Of a DNA stretch of 40,551 nucleotides, positions 26,496-35,950 are shown piece by piece (within the stretch, counting starts at the first letter, position 1; each line of letters starts with the position of its first letter). The notes under the pieces are model-generated. The model saw only the letters and a list, made by a program, of their open reading frames with translations, ran no database searches and had not been told where the DNA came from. The DNA is taken from the IMG/VR virus record IMGVR_UViG_3300044477_000075, positions 1 through 40,551 of that record, one strand, 5' to 3'. The position numbers and the translations under genes are program-made. The stretch comes from a virus (lineage: Duplodnaviria; Caudoviricetes).

Positions 26496-27635
26496 TTAAG
26501 CCCCTTGCAAAGGTAGATGAAACGGCATAGAACTTATTTCTTCAACGTTATCAACCGATTGCTTCTGATAATCCTCATCATCGTCCGCGTTATATTCCTT
26601 AGCCATTTGTGAAAGAATTTTATAAAACTGATCCTCGACCGCACGCATACGGTTATCGTCCATAATCAAATTAGAGCGTTTGGCAGCCCCTAAATAAATT
26701 GCTTCCTGAAAGCGAGGCGGGATTAACGGTATATCGTAATCATTAACCATTTTATCTGGATTAACTTTGTAATCAATAATAAACGCCTGGGCATCGTCCG
26801 GCATAGGATACAGAGTTAAATACGGATGATTACGCTCAAAATAAACCGCATCTCCTGAAACTTGTCCGGTAATATCCGGATCATTAGTAAACGTTTGAGT
26901 AGACTGAACATAATCAGTGACGCGAGACGATAAACTGCGCGTAGTATTAACCACTACCCAATCGTTATAATAATCATTAATTAACGCTCTTGATACAGAG
27001 GAAATAACAATGCTTGTAGTTGACGTAGTGGCTTGAGCCGTTGTAGTACCTGAAACCGGAAAACGATACTGTTTATATCCAGAAGGAATCCAATGCACAG
27101 CATCCCCAGAATCAACCGGGTTAGGAAATCGTTTCAACCAACGCTCGCGTGGCATCATTAACAACGCGATCTGAGTATACGGATTGGTTATTTTTTCAAT
27201 TCGCGTATAGTCGCAATCCCAAGGAAGCGCATACGTATCCTTGAAAATACTTGTAGCGTCTGCCGTAATTGCTGTAGAACCCTCAAACGGTCTGCCAATG
27301 GTTATATGCGTGGAGTCGGTATATCCTGAAATTTCATATACCTGTCCCTGCAAGTTTATTTTACGTCCAATAAAATCTTCCGTAAAAGTAGTCGCGGTTC
27401 CGGTTACCGTTGTAGACGCCAAAGAAACCGCAACAGTTCCAGTTGTATATTCGGCGCTGGATTGTATATATGAACGCTTTGTCAAAAAGTCAAAGTGAAA
27501 TGAATTGCAAAGCTCCATATAAGCATCGTTAATAATGTCGCCTAAAAAAGTCAATCCCGTGTTGGCCGCAGTATCTCGTTCAATCAGTTGGCTTAATTTA
27601 TTCTTGAGTTGTATAAAATTTAAAGGTGTCGTCAT
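26496..27635 (-). CDS. Head-tail adaptor / tail tubular protein A-like, with inserted domains
   Basis: IINDAYMEL...FDFL, YALPWD, LYPMPD, PLIPPRFQEAIYLGA. Confidence 0.75.
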   Translation of the reverse strand: MTTPLNFIQLKNKLSQLIERDTAANTGLTFLGDIINDAYMELCNSFHFDFLTKRSYIQSSAEYTTGTVAVSLASTTVTGTATTFTEDFIGRKINLQGQVYEISGYTDSTHITIGRPFEGSTAITADATSIFKDTYALPWDCDYTRIEKITNPYTQIALLMMPRERWLKRFPNPVDSGDAVHWIPSGYKQYRFPVSGTTTAQATTSTTSIVISSVSRALINDYYNDWVVVNTTRSLSSRVTDYVQSTQTFTNDPDITGQVSGDAVYFERNHPYLTLYPMPDDAQAFIIDYKVNPDKMVNDYDIPLIPPRFQEAIYLGAAKRSNLIMDDNRMRAVEDQFYKILSQMAKEYNADDDEDYQKQSVDNVEEISSMPFHLPLQGA

Positions 27636-27651
27636 ATTGACCCCTTGCTAA

Positions 27652-28074
27652 TTATTTGTAAGCTTCAAACTTAATTCTCGGTTTAGTGCCTCCGGAATAA
27701 ATAGTAGTAAAGGTAAGCGATACATATAACCCGGTGTATAATCCATTTGTAGTGGGAGGAGTAAACCTAAACATTTTTTCGTTTTGAGGAAACCCAACAG
27801 CATAATCAGATACCACGGAATACGGAGATGGGTTTGAGGTAACTAAAACATTATACACCCCGGTTTCCTCGTAGACAGAAGCAATACGATAAAACTGGTC
27901 GGAGCTAGTTAGCTTTGTCCATCCCACTATTGAATTACCATTCCCAGTGACCGCCGTTCCCGTAATAGTGGTTCCGGACATAACCACTAAGGTCGGTTCG
28001 CCCATACTAAATATATCCGCCTGAGAAATACCGCAAATAAATACAAGCGGAATAAACATTAAAAGTTTTTTCAT
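27652..28074 (-). CDS. Signal-peptide beta-rich protein inside the structural operon
   Basis: MKKLLMFIPLVFICGISQA-D; ends FTPPTTNGLYTGLYVSL. Confidence 0.7.
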   Translation of the reverse strand: MKKLLMFIPLVFICGISQADIFSMGEPTLVVMSGTTITGTAVTGNGNSIVGWTKLTSSDQFYRIASVYEETGVYNVLVTSNPSPYSVVSDYAVGFPQNEKMFRFTPPTTNGLYTGLYVSLTFTTIYSGGTKPRIKFEAYK

Positions 28075-28093
28075 GTATCACCCTTTCTTGGTA

Positions 28094-28123
28094 GGGCCGG
28101 GGGGGGGAATACACCCCCGACCC
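28094..28123 (-). other. GC-rich hairpin with a C9 run and no U-tract
   Basis: GGGUCGGGGG/CCCCCGGCCC between the head genes and downstream genes. Confidence 0.55.
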
Positions 28124-28135
28124 ATTCCAAAGTTA

Positions 28136-28597
28136 TTAAGCTACCTTGTTGCAATGCGGATACGACAAGAAGCAAGTCAAATTAGCCGTAGCCGTTCCGG
28201 GTTCAGTGTCTTCCAGCCACACTCCATGAATGCGAGTGGTTCCCGCGTCATCCAAAGAACCAGCGGTAGTAGTGGCAAACAAAGTTACATTGGTTGCACA
28301 CGAAACTAAGAAAGAAGCTTCTGCTGTACCAAAAATCTGATACCAGCCAAACTTATTCGCAACCGTAGCGGCCATTGCCACGCCAACCATTCCACCTAAA
28401 GCAGCAGCCGTTTCATCCAGCAGTTCGGTTACCAATAAATCACTGGACAGATACAATTTAACCCAAGAACCAACAGCAGTATTTGCCACACCTTGAGCAT
28501 AAATATAAACACGTCCATACTTATCTACAAAAGTAGACCCTTGAGTTACGGTAGCCGAAGAATCAACCGTAGTAATTAGACCAGGAATCAAATTCAT
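28136..28597 (-). CDS. Capsid decoration/cement-like protein, no signal peptide
   Basis: DKYGRVYIYAQ, VGVAMAA, FGWYQIFG, TAGSLDDA; close to MCP. Confidence 0.7.
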   Translation of the reverse strand: MNLIPGLITTVDSSATVTQGSTFVDKYGRVYIYAQGVANTAVGSWVKLYLSSDLLVTELLDETAAALGGMVGVAMAATVANKFGWYQIFGTAEASFLVSCATNVTLFATTTAGSLDDAGTTRIHGVWLEDTEPGTATANLTCFLSYPHCNKVA

Positions 28598-28617
28598 TTG
28601 TTTTTTCTCCTTATTAA

Positions 28618-29151
28618 TTAATTGCCCGTATGTGGATACATAACATACGCGGTAGCACTTCCACCAGTAGCACCAGCAATTGCAATCCCGTGAATAGGTG
28701 TAGTCTGGGTTCCTTCAGAATACCATGCTGTTGGATTAATATACCCCGCAGAATTAGTTCCTGCAAAATACTCCACATTTGCCGAATTAGCATAACTAGA
28801 CACTACAGCTTTACCTTTAACCATAAACCAACCGCAACGACCAGGCGCAGTAGAATCCATTGCGATTGCCAATGGATACCCCTTTGCCGCAACCGTTTCG
28901 GTAAGGCGAGTAGCTGAAGTTACTGTAGTTCCAACTGCCGTAACTGCAACTACGTTGTGAGCAGACAATGAAGCTACACCCCAAAGATAAATATATTGGT
29001 TTTTATTTTTATCATATCCAAAAACCCCGTTTTTATATTTACCCGTAGGATATGCCGAAGTAGTTACCGTTGAATCTTGCAGCAAAATATCGTCTGCAAA
29101 AGCCAAAGGAACAAATGACAAAATCATAAAACAAATAAAAAGTTTTTTCAT
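28618..29151 (-). CDS. Signal-peptide paralogue of the decoration-like protein
   Basis: MKKLFICFMILSFVPLAFA-DD; DKNKNQYIY, IAM, GWFMVKG, SAG, IHG and YPH are collinear with 28136..28597. Confidence 0.75.
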   Translation of the reverse strand: MKKLFICFMILSFVPLAFADDILLQDSTVTTSAYPTGKYKNGVFGYDKNKNQYIYLWGVASLSAHNVVAVTAVGTTVTSATRLTETVAAKGYPLAIAMDSTAPGRCGWFMVKGKAVVSSYANSANVEYFAGTNSAGYINPTAWYSEGTQTTPIHGIAIAGATGGSATAYVMYPHTGN

Positions 29152-29153
29152 TT

Positions 29154-29405
29154 TTACCTCCCAATAGCCATCCAGAAACCATCTTCCGTTCCATCTTCCG
29201 ATGGATAAACGGTAATGGTTCCTGCGGTGGCCGATTCTTTACATCCTGTAGTGCTGGCCGAATCAGGGGTAACAAAAGCGCAAACTACCTTTCCTAATCC
29301 AGTTACGACATTAGTTCCGGCAACATCAACATCTGTATATGTTCCATACGACATATACAATCCTCCACGCAAAGGATTTTTTTCTGTAACAGTGTACGAC
29401 GCCAT
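29154..29405 (-). CDS. Small beta-rich virion protein candidate
   Basis: Directly after MCP; AAGGAGG RBS; VTGLGKV...FWMAIG. Confidence 0.6.
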   Translation of the reverse strand: MASYTVTEKNPLRGGLYMSYGTYTDVDVAGTNVVTGLGKVVCAFVTPDSASTTGCKESATAGTITVYPSEDGTEDGFWMAIGR

Positions 29406-29414
29406 GTTTCCTCC

Positions 29415-30371
29415 TTATGCCGTAACGCCAGTATGTTTACCCTGTGCGCGGCGCTCCGTGGTTACCAACTGCATACGCAAGTAAATTTGCCCTACGTGAG
29501 CCAACTGGTTGTACGGCTTAACAAATTCAGTGGACTTCAGGTTTGCCTGACCATCAATAGCCAAGCCAAGCGAATTGCTATTCAGGTAATAAATAACGCC
29601 AGAAGTGCAATTCGGGTCCCAAATGAAATCAACGCCATTGAAACGAACCGAAGGAACTCCCAAATCATTTTGACCCTTATCGTTCAAATCAAAATAACCA
29701 TAAGCTCGAATTGCGTTTTGCATATACTGAAACGTGGTCTGATCGGTAATTGCCAAATCCGGCATACCAGAAGCCTTGCCCTTGGACAAAGTGTTAATCA
29801 TCGTCTGCACGCCAGCAATGCCACCGGCGGTAAACGAACCAAGCGAAGTCTCGGTAGAAGCCCACCAAGCATATGTTGATTGATTAAGTCCGCCAACCGT
29901 ACCCGTCGAATCAATTACCAAAGCCAACGGATTGGGCGCATCAGTAGCCAACGAAGAAGCAAACAAATAATCGTTAGCGTTTTTAACAATGGTATTTTTT
30001 GCCTGAGTAATTTTTGCGTCAACCAGATTAATCAGTTGTGCATCGCTACGATTCTTATCCACTTCATCCTGTGAATAAGAAACCGAAGCATACAGACGAG
30101 GCATGGTGTAAACAGTCTCACCAATAAACTGGTTAGGCGTAGTTTCCACGGTATTATATCCACTAACCACACCAGACGCCGTACTTACCGCATAAGTAAG
30201 CGGGCAGCGATACGTAGCCCCCGAACCATCCCAATCAATTTTACCTTTTTTACTAAGCCAATCATAAGCAACTACTTTCTGAAAAATCTGGTCAATAGGT
30301 TTACGCCCCTGTTTGTCCAGCGTAGACGAAAGCAAATTATCAATTGTTACTGTAGTTCCAGCGCTTCCCAT
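29415..30371 (-). CDS. Major capsid protein
   Basis: 318 aa after the scaffold; LINLVDAKITQA, VGGLNQSTYAWW, PDLAIT, FNGVDFIWD, IYYLNS. Confidence 0.88.
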   Translation of the reverse strand: MGSAGTTVTIDNLLSSTLDKQGRKPIDQIFQKVVAYDWLSKKGKIDWDGSGATYRCPLTYAVSTASGVVSGYNTVETTPNQFIGETVYTMPRLYASVSYSQDEVDKNRSDAQLINLVDAKITQAKNTIVKNANDYLFASSLATDAPNPLALVIDSTGTVGGLNQSTYAWWASTETSLGSFTAGGIAGVQTMINTLSKGKASGMPDLAITDQTTFQYMQNAIRAYGYFDLNDKGQNDLGVPSVRFNGVDFIWDPNCTSGVIYYLNSNSLGLAIDGQANLKSTEFVKPYNQLAHVGQIYLRMQLVTTERRAQGKHTGVTA

Positions 30372-30413
30372 TTTTTATCCTCCGTGTCTTGGGCCACGGA
30401 AAGAACGTTGTTT

Positions 30414-31121
30414 TTAACCAGCGGCTCGCCTTAACTTTTCAAGCGCCATAGCAGCAGCTTTCTTAGTATTAGACTCACCCTCATCGCTATTAACTCCGTT
30501 GCCTTCCGAAATTGGCCGATTGTTATTTAATTTATTGTGCCACATCTTTATAGCTTCTTCTTTACCTTGATTAATTCCGTCTTGACGAGCCTTTTCGATA
30601 AGTTTTTCTACCGCCGAAGCTCTACCCCAAGTATAGTAAGGATTGTTTTTAGAGCGAACCTTTTCCATATCTTGCGCCAGTTCTTCGTCGCTTAAACCAA
30701 ATTCATCTTTAAGCATCTTGCGGCCTTCTGCTTTTACATAGTCGTTAAACTGACTATTTTTTTCTTGTACTTCTTTTTGCTGTAACGCGCGCTTTAAATC
30801 TTCAATTTCTTTCTTAACCGACTTAATTTCATCGGGGTCTTCAATATCCGCCAAAAGACGCTTAACCGCTGATTTATCTCCATTAACCGCAGCTTTTACT
30901 AGCTCATCGTTTTCGTAAGCGGCTTTAATGTTCCTAGCCACTTCCAACGATTCGGATTCACGTTGCTTAATAGCTTCCCATTCCGCCTTCTGAGCCGCAA
31001 GCGACTGCCGTTCTTCCGCCAATGCCTGTGTCTTTTTTGTATAATCAGCCTGTCTAAGTTGCCCGTCCTTTTCTTCTTTTTCAGCAGCTAATTGTTCTGG
31101 CGTTTTTACGTCTGTATTCAT
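30414..31121 (-). CDS. Capsid scaffolding protein
   Basis: LRQADYTKKTQALAEER motif, charged coiled coil, upstream of MCP. Confidence 0.8.
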   Translation of the reverse strand: MNTDVKTPEQLAAEKEEKDGQLRQADYTKKTQALAEERQSLAAQKAEWEAIKQRESESLEVARNIKAAYENDELVKAAVNGDKSAVKRLLADIEDPDEIKSVKKEIEDLKRALQQKEVQEKNSQFNDYVKAEGRKMLKDEFGLSDEELAQDMEKVRSKNNPYYTWGRASAVEKLIEKARQDGINQGKEEAIKMWHNKLNNNRPISEGNGVNSDEGESNTKKAAAMALEKLRRAAG

Positions 31122-31180
31122 TTTGTCTCCTTAGTTTCCTGTTTTGAGGTAATCTTTCGATTCTCAATAAAGGTTGAACG

Positions 31181-31843
31181 TTATGCCGAAGCACGAGTTA
31201 TTTTGTCCATCTCAAACTTGTGAAGCTCATCACCTTCTTTTTTGCGACGTAAATATTCGGTCTGCATCAAACGAATGGCCTGTTTTACGCGCATAACCTT
31301 ACCATTATATTCTGTAAGCAAGTTAATCTTTCTAGGCTTGCTATCAAATCCAATTCCAAATTCGAAAAAATCTGCATCCGTTTCTCGAATGCGATCACCT
31401 AAAGCTCTATCAACGTTAATGTCAGGAGCAGAAAATTTAGGCTTTTTTGTTACAGGATCAAGTTCTGAATGATCCAACAAATTAGGGAAAGCAGAAATCA
31501 TGGCAACGATAGGAATATATTGATTCGGATTCTTTGGATCCTGTAAATTTTCCATACGCAAATGCAAATACATTTTCGTACCAAAATCAGGACGCTTAAC
31601 TAATTCGTCAATTCCTCCTTCGTTTACCTTTTCTTGCAACTTTACCTCTAACTCCTTAATGCGACGTTTTAGCTCTAAATCATTGTTTAGCTCCGCCACT
31701 TTATTAACTGGTTCAACATCAACTTCCTTATCCATAATGGGTTCTGAAATAACTTCTACTTCAGGTTCATTAAGGATAACTTCGGTCTCTGTTTTCTCAA
31801 TTACTTGAGCTTGAACTTCAACCTGTTTCTTATGCCTTCCCAT
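31181..31843 (-). CDS. Hypothetical protein between portal and scaffold
   Basis: GGAGGG RBS; acidic N-terminus. Confidence 0.65.
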   Translation of the reverse strand: MGRHKKQVEVQAQVIEKTETEVILNEPEVEVISEPIMDKEVDVEPVNKVAELNNDLELKRRIKELEVKLQEKVNEGGIDELVKRPDFGTKMYLHLRMENLQDPKNPNQYIPIVAMISAFPNLLDHSELDPVTKKPKFSAPDINVDRALGDRIRETDADFFEFGIGFDSKPRKINLLTEYNGKVMRVKQAIRLMQTEYLRRKKEGDELHKFEMDKITRASA

Positions 31844-31855
31844 ATTCCCTCCTAA

Positions 31856-33718
31856 TTACCCTTCCGGTTGAGCCGGGGGCGTTTGCAAACCTGGCACGTT
31901 AAGCTCTGCCATTAATCCTGAATCTAGGGGGCCACCAGGAGCGCCTTCTTGTCCGTTAGGTTGTTGCGCTTGAGGCCCCATACTGCCTTTTGGCAGTAAA
32001 TCGTATTCCTGCAAAATCATATCTTGAGCGTCCGTCTGAAGGTCGCTAAAGTTAATGCTTACGCTAACCTTTGGCTTTTCAGGCGGAGGTGGTCCTTGCT
32101 GTTTAGCTTTCCATTGTTCTGGATTAGGTATTTTCAATCCAGACATAAAGTGCATATGAACCTTATCTTGATCGAACCAAGGATCACGCGCCATTATATT
32201 AAGGTTATTCAAAGACTTCTTGTATTCAAACTCTTCATTGGTGGGCAATCCGGAGCCTACGCCAACTTCCAAATCATACTTCCCCGAAACTTCTTTATTG
32301 TTCCACTTAACAAATACATTACCTCCGCGATTAACCGTATTATCTTTAAACGCGGGATTACTATAAAAGTATTGATCAGATAGTTCTTTTTCGTTAAATC
32401 GCAAATACTCATCAGTTGTAGCGTTTTCTTTAATTTCTTCAATTATTTTTCGGCGAGACTTAATTAAGAACTTATCTGTTATATTTTTATAATCGGCATA
32501 TCGTGAACGCAGGTACGTATCCATTAACGATGCTTCCGTTGCAGTCTTTTGCACCTGTTCCCCACCACGAGCATTTTGAGGAACACCGGAAAGAATATTA
32601 ATGAAGTCGCGCACAAGCCCGACTGTCATGCCAAATTCCTGCGGCATATTAGGGGCGTTAAGCGTTTTAATGACATCTTCAATTCTAATGTTTGTTCCTA
32701 ATGCGTTTCGGTCAAGACCAACCAGACCCATATCTTCGTTACTCTGCAATTGCTGTTTACCCTTTTTATCCAGAACGTCTTTAAAGTAAACAATCTTTGG
32801 CAACGCCCGGCGAGTATGTTCGGACAGCCAATTAATCAGAACATTTAAAACCTTCTGCATATTTGCTATTGTTTCGACCATACTCATGGGGTAGTAGTTA
32901 TCAATCATAGGATTATACATCAAAGGAACAAAAGGGAAACCCCGAGTAATATCAAAGTCATCAACTTTGTGCAATAATCCAGTTCCTGATCCACTAGACA
33001 TAATGTATATTTTTTCTGTGTTTTTATCGTAAATTTCGTAGTATTTAGGCACATTAGGCATTAAGTTGTTTTCTTTATTAACGCCCGACAAATACGACAA
33101 AGACTTTTCAGAAGAGTTTTTCTTTTTAGACTCCGGAGTATATTCCAAAGACTTATCCGACCGCTTGCCAAACACACGAGCAACAAAAGACTTATCTTCA
33201 AAGCTTACGCAATCGGGGTCTGGTATCAAATCAATTCCAGAAACGTATCTAAGTGCCGGGCAATCCTTGACTATGTTTTGATTATAATTACCGGACTCGG
33301 CAACCCAACTTGTCCAGGCATAACTAAGACCCTGCACAAGACCGCACAAAGTAGCTTGTTTATCGACAGACTCCCAATCAAGCGTATAGTGATATCTGTC
33401 CAAAGCGTTTTGCATAAGGAACGCAGATAGAACATTATCTTGTTGCGGAGTTCCCCAGTCTGGGCAGGTAGGCTTTACATAAACGCTTAATTTATTTGGA
33501 TATAATGCAGGAACATAATTGCGAATAGTTGAAAAGATCATATTCGCGTCCATAGTTTTGCTTTTATCAAATTTGTCAGGAAGGTAGGATAGATCACCGC
33601 GCAGCAATCGTTCGCTTTCTCTTGCCTTTTTAACAAATACCTTTTCGTGATACTCTTCTGCCGCCAATACCTTATCAAAAAGCTTTAGGCTTTCGGGGGT
33701 TGGAGTAATCTCTTTCAT
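31856..33718 (-). CDS. Portal protein
   Basis: 620 aa after TerL; NMIFS, DLIPDP, FPFV, LSGV...RG...KTATEA; Pro/Gln tail. Confidence 0.85.
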   Translation of the reverse strand: MKEITPTPESLKLFDKVLAAEEYHEKVFVKKARESERLLRGDLSYLPDKFDKSKTMDANMIFSTIRNYVPALYPNKLSVYVKPTCPDWGTPQQDNVLSAFLMQNALDRYHYTLDWESVDKQATLCGLVQGLSYAWTSWVAESGNYNQNIVKDCPALRYVSGIDLIPDPDCVSFEDKSFVARVFGKRSDKSLEYTPESKKKNSSEKSLSYLSGVNKENNLMPNVPKYYEIYDKNTEKIYIMSSGSGTGLLHKVDDFDITRGFPFVPLMYNPMIDNYYPMSMVETIANMQKVLNVLINWLSEHTRRALPKIVYFKDVLDKKGKQQLQSNEDMGLVGLDRNALGTNIRIEDVIKTLNAPNMPQEFGMTVGLVRDFINILSGVPQNARGGEQVQKTATEASLMDTYLRSRYADYKNITDKFLIKSRRKIIEEIKENATTDEYLRFNEKELSDQYFYSNPAFKDNTVNRGGNVFVKWNNKEVSGKYDLEVGVGSGLPTNEEFEYKKSLNNLNIMARDPWFDQDKVHMHFMSGLKIPNPEQWKAKQQGPPPPEKPKVSVSINFSDLQTDAQDMILQEYDLLPKGSMGPQAQQPNGQEGAPGGPLDSGLMAELNVPGLQTPPAQPEG

Positions 33719-33721
33719 TTG

Positions 33722-35335
33722 TTATCCAATGGACGTTCGCTCATATTGTTCATCCTCTGGTTCATATTCTTCTAAAAACCGCATGAAGCTATTTGTTTGC
33801 GGCCCTTTTTCCCATTCTTCCTGGGCCTCTATCATAAAACCGGGGCTTTTGCTTGGATCAAAAGCAATCCTTCTCGGACCGTCTTCACGCCTTGGTTTAA
33901 AAGCTATATCGCAAATATACGCCAGCGCATCAATAACATCGTCGTGTATAGTCGAGTTAGGAGACCACTTTAGTAATTCGTTTTCCAGATCATATAAGCC
34001 CTTGATATGGTACACGTAACCGGACTCATATATGGGCTGTAAGCCTTTAATGCGCTGCCCTTTATTTCTGTTATTGTGCTGTAACTCCCTAACGCTTGGC
34101 CATACACCACGTTCAGCAGAAGCACGGATCGCACCTTCTTTTAACTGTCCTTGCCAAGTAACGTCCTCTACACCAATTATTACATTTTCGTAATTATAAT
34201 GCAAGCGAAATATTAATTCAATTATGTCGCTTGGCTTTAATCCTTTTTTTCTTCCTGCTTCAAATATAAACCATTCATTATCAGGAGATACACCAACTAC
34301 CACCCATCCCGTATAATCCAGACGTCTTTGCTCGGTTAAATTACCACGTCCGGCAGGATCAATAGAAGCAAAAAACTTCAATTCTGTAATTATTACACTT
34401 TTGTAATCTTTGTCAGAGTCACTACTTTTGTATAGTATCTTGTCTTGGTTAATGGAAAAGTTTTTGAAATAAGAATGTTTAAACACGGACGTATCATCGT
34501 CGCAAGGGTCATTAAGATATTGGCATGCGAAAAAGTATGTTCCAATTTCAATTTTGCGTTTATCTAAAAACTCTTTGGTCAAGCGGTTTGGAAAGAAGTA
34601 TTTAATTTCTCCATTTTCTTCCCAATAAGCGGAACGAATTAAAATATCGAAATTCTCTTTTTCTTCAACAAGTATATGATTTTCCAAATCCATATGATGC
34701 CAGCGCGTAGCGCTTATACTTAAACGTCCATCTTTAGAATCCAACAAAGGCATCAATCCTTTGTAGTATTCAATTATTTTAATTATTTGTTCCGGGGTAT
34801 TAATGTTCTTTTGGTTATGCGGATCATCGAACAGGATAAGTTTATAGTGGCTACCGACAAGGGAGGCGTCTGCTCCACTAGCCTCAATCGTATACGCGCG
34901 AGAAGATATCGTCCTGCCTTTAACGCATATCTGCGTATCGCTCCAAGGGGCTTCACCAACTAAATCTCCATAACAAATACGAAAAAACTCGTGCTTTTCA
35001 ATAATTTGTTTAATTGTAGCTAAAGACTTAATACTGTTTTTCATGGTATCAGACGTAAGCAAAATAGAAATATTTTTGTTTCTAACTATTTCCCATAGTG
35101 CATAGGCCACGACAAGTACAGTTGTTTTAAACGTATCGCGCGGAGTTAAGGTTAGTTTTTTGCTTTTGTTCCAGGTTTGAGCGTGATCGCATAATTCGCG
35201 GTGTGGAACTTCTTGTATATCTTCGAATCCTTGAGACTTCCCTAAAATATCATGGCAAAAAAAATAAAAATTTTGCTTACCGGCGTCCGCAATAAGTTTA
35301 ATATCTTCTTTGGTAAGGCTATATTGTTCGCTCAC
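33722..35335 (-). CDS. terL: Terminase large subunit
   Basis: PRDTFKTT, GSHYKLILFDD, TRWH, FACQYLNDP, SIDPA, HDDVIDALAY. Confidence 0.93.
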   Translation of the reverse strand: MSEQYSLTKEDIKLIADAGKQNFYFFCHDILGKSQGFEDIQEVPHRELCDHAQTWNKSKKLTLTPRDTFKTTVLVVAYALWEIVRNKNISILLTSDTMKNSIKSLATIKQIIEKHEFFRICYGDLVGEAPWSDTQICVKGRTISSRAYTIEASGADASLVGSHYKLILFDDPHNQKNINTPEQIIKIIEYYKGLMPLLDSKDGRLSISATRWHHMDLENHILVEEKENFDILIRSAYWEENGEIKYFFPNRLTKEFLDKRKIEIGTYFFACQYLNDPCDDDTSVFKHSYFKNFSINQDKILYKSSDSDKDYKSVIITELKFFASIDPAGRGNLTEQRRLDYTGWVVVGVSPDNEWFIFEAGRKKGLKPSDIIELIFRLHYNYENVIIGVEDVTWQGQLKEGAIRASAERGVWPSVRELQHNNRNKGQRIKGLQPIYESGYVYHIKGLYDLENELLKWSPNSTIHDDVIDALAYICDIAFKPRREDGPRRIAFDPSKSPGFMIEAQEEWEKGPQTNSFMRFLEEYEPEDEQYERTSIG

Positions 35336-35517
35336 AAAATTACATCTTCCTCGCCATAATCAAAATAAGCTTTTACTTCCCCTTGATTTTCAAGCTTACG
35401 TTCCCTGCGTTTTAACTTTTTAAGTGCTTTTTCCATATCATTTTTAAGTGTGCATACAGGACAATACGGGTTAATTTCTTCATCGAACACATTACCGCAA
35501 GAGATACACGTACTCAT
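35332..35517 (-). CDS. Small zinc-finger protein
   Basis: CISCG...CPVC; GTGA overlap with TerL. Confidence 0.65.
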   Translation of the reverse strand: MSTCISCGNVFDEEINPYCPVCTLKNDMEKALKKLKRRERKLENQGEVKAYFDYGEEDVIL

Positions 35518-35519
35518 GA

Positions 35520-35801
35520 TTAACCTCTATTTTTATTTGGTCCTAAATTATCTATACGCGGACGATCCTTTTGATCTTGTGAATATCCTTTATAATCGCC
35601 AGAAGACATTCCTCCAACAAATCCGTTACGACGATCATACGTAAAAGTACCAGGAAATGGCTTAACATATACTGGACCAATTACGCGCTTTGATGCTTCA
35701 CCACATTTAGGACACACGCCCGTAAACGAAGATTCTGACATAGGCCGCAATAAATCAAAGTCGTGTCCACATGGTTCGCAATTATATTGATAAAGCGGCA
35801 T
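35520..35801 (-). CDS. FmdB-family zinc-ribbon protein
   Basis: MPLYQYNCEPCGHDFD...CPKCG...KRVI. Confidence 0.85.
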   Translation of the reverse strand: MPLYQYNCEPCGHDFDLLRPMSESSFTGVCPKCGEASKRVIGPVYVKPFPGTFTYDRRNGFVGGMSSGDYKGYSQDQKDRPRIDNLGPNKNRG

Positions 35802-35950
35802 TTATTTTTTACCCTTGACGGAACGTACCGCAGCCATTTTATCACACATATCATTTTTCTTCATACCATGATCAGCCACCATTTTACCAATTTGCGATGC
35901 AGGAATGTTTTTAAAAGACGCTACTACAGCCATAGGTTTGCTATCCTTCT

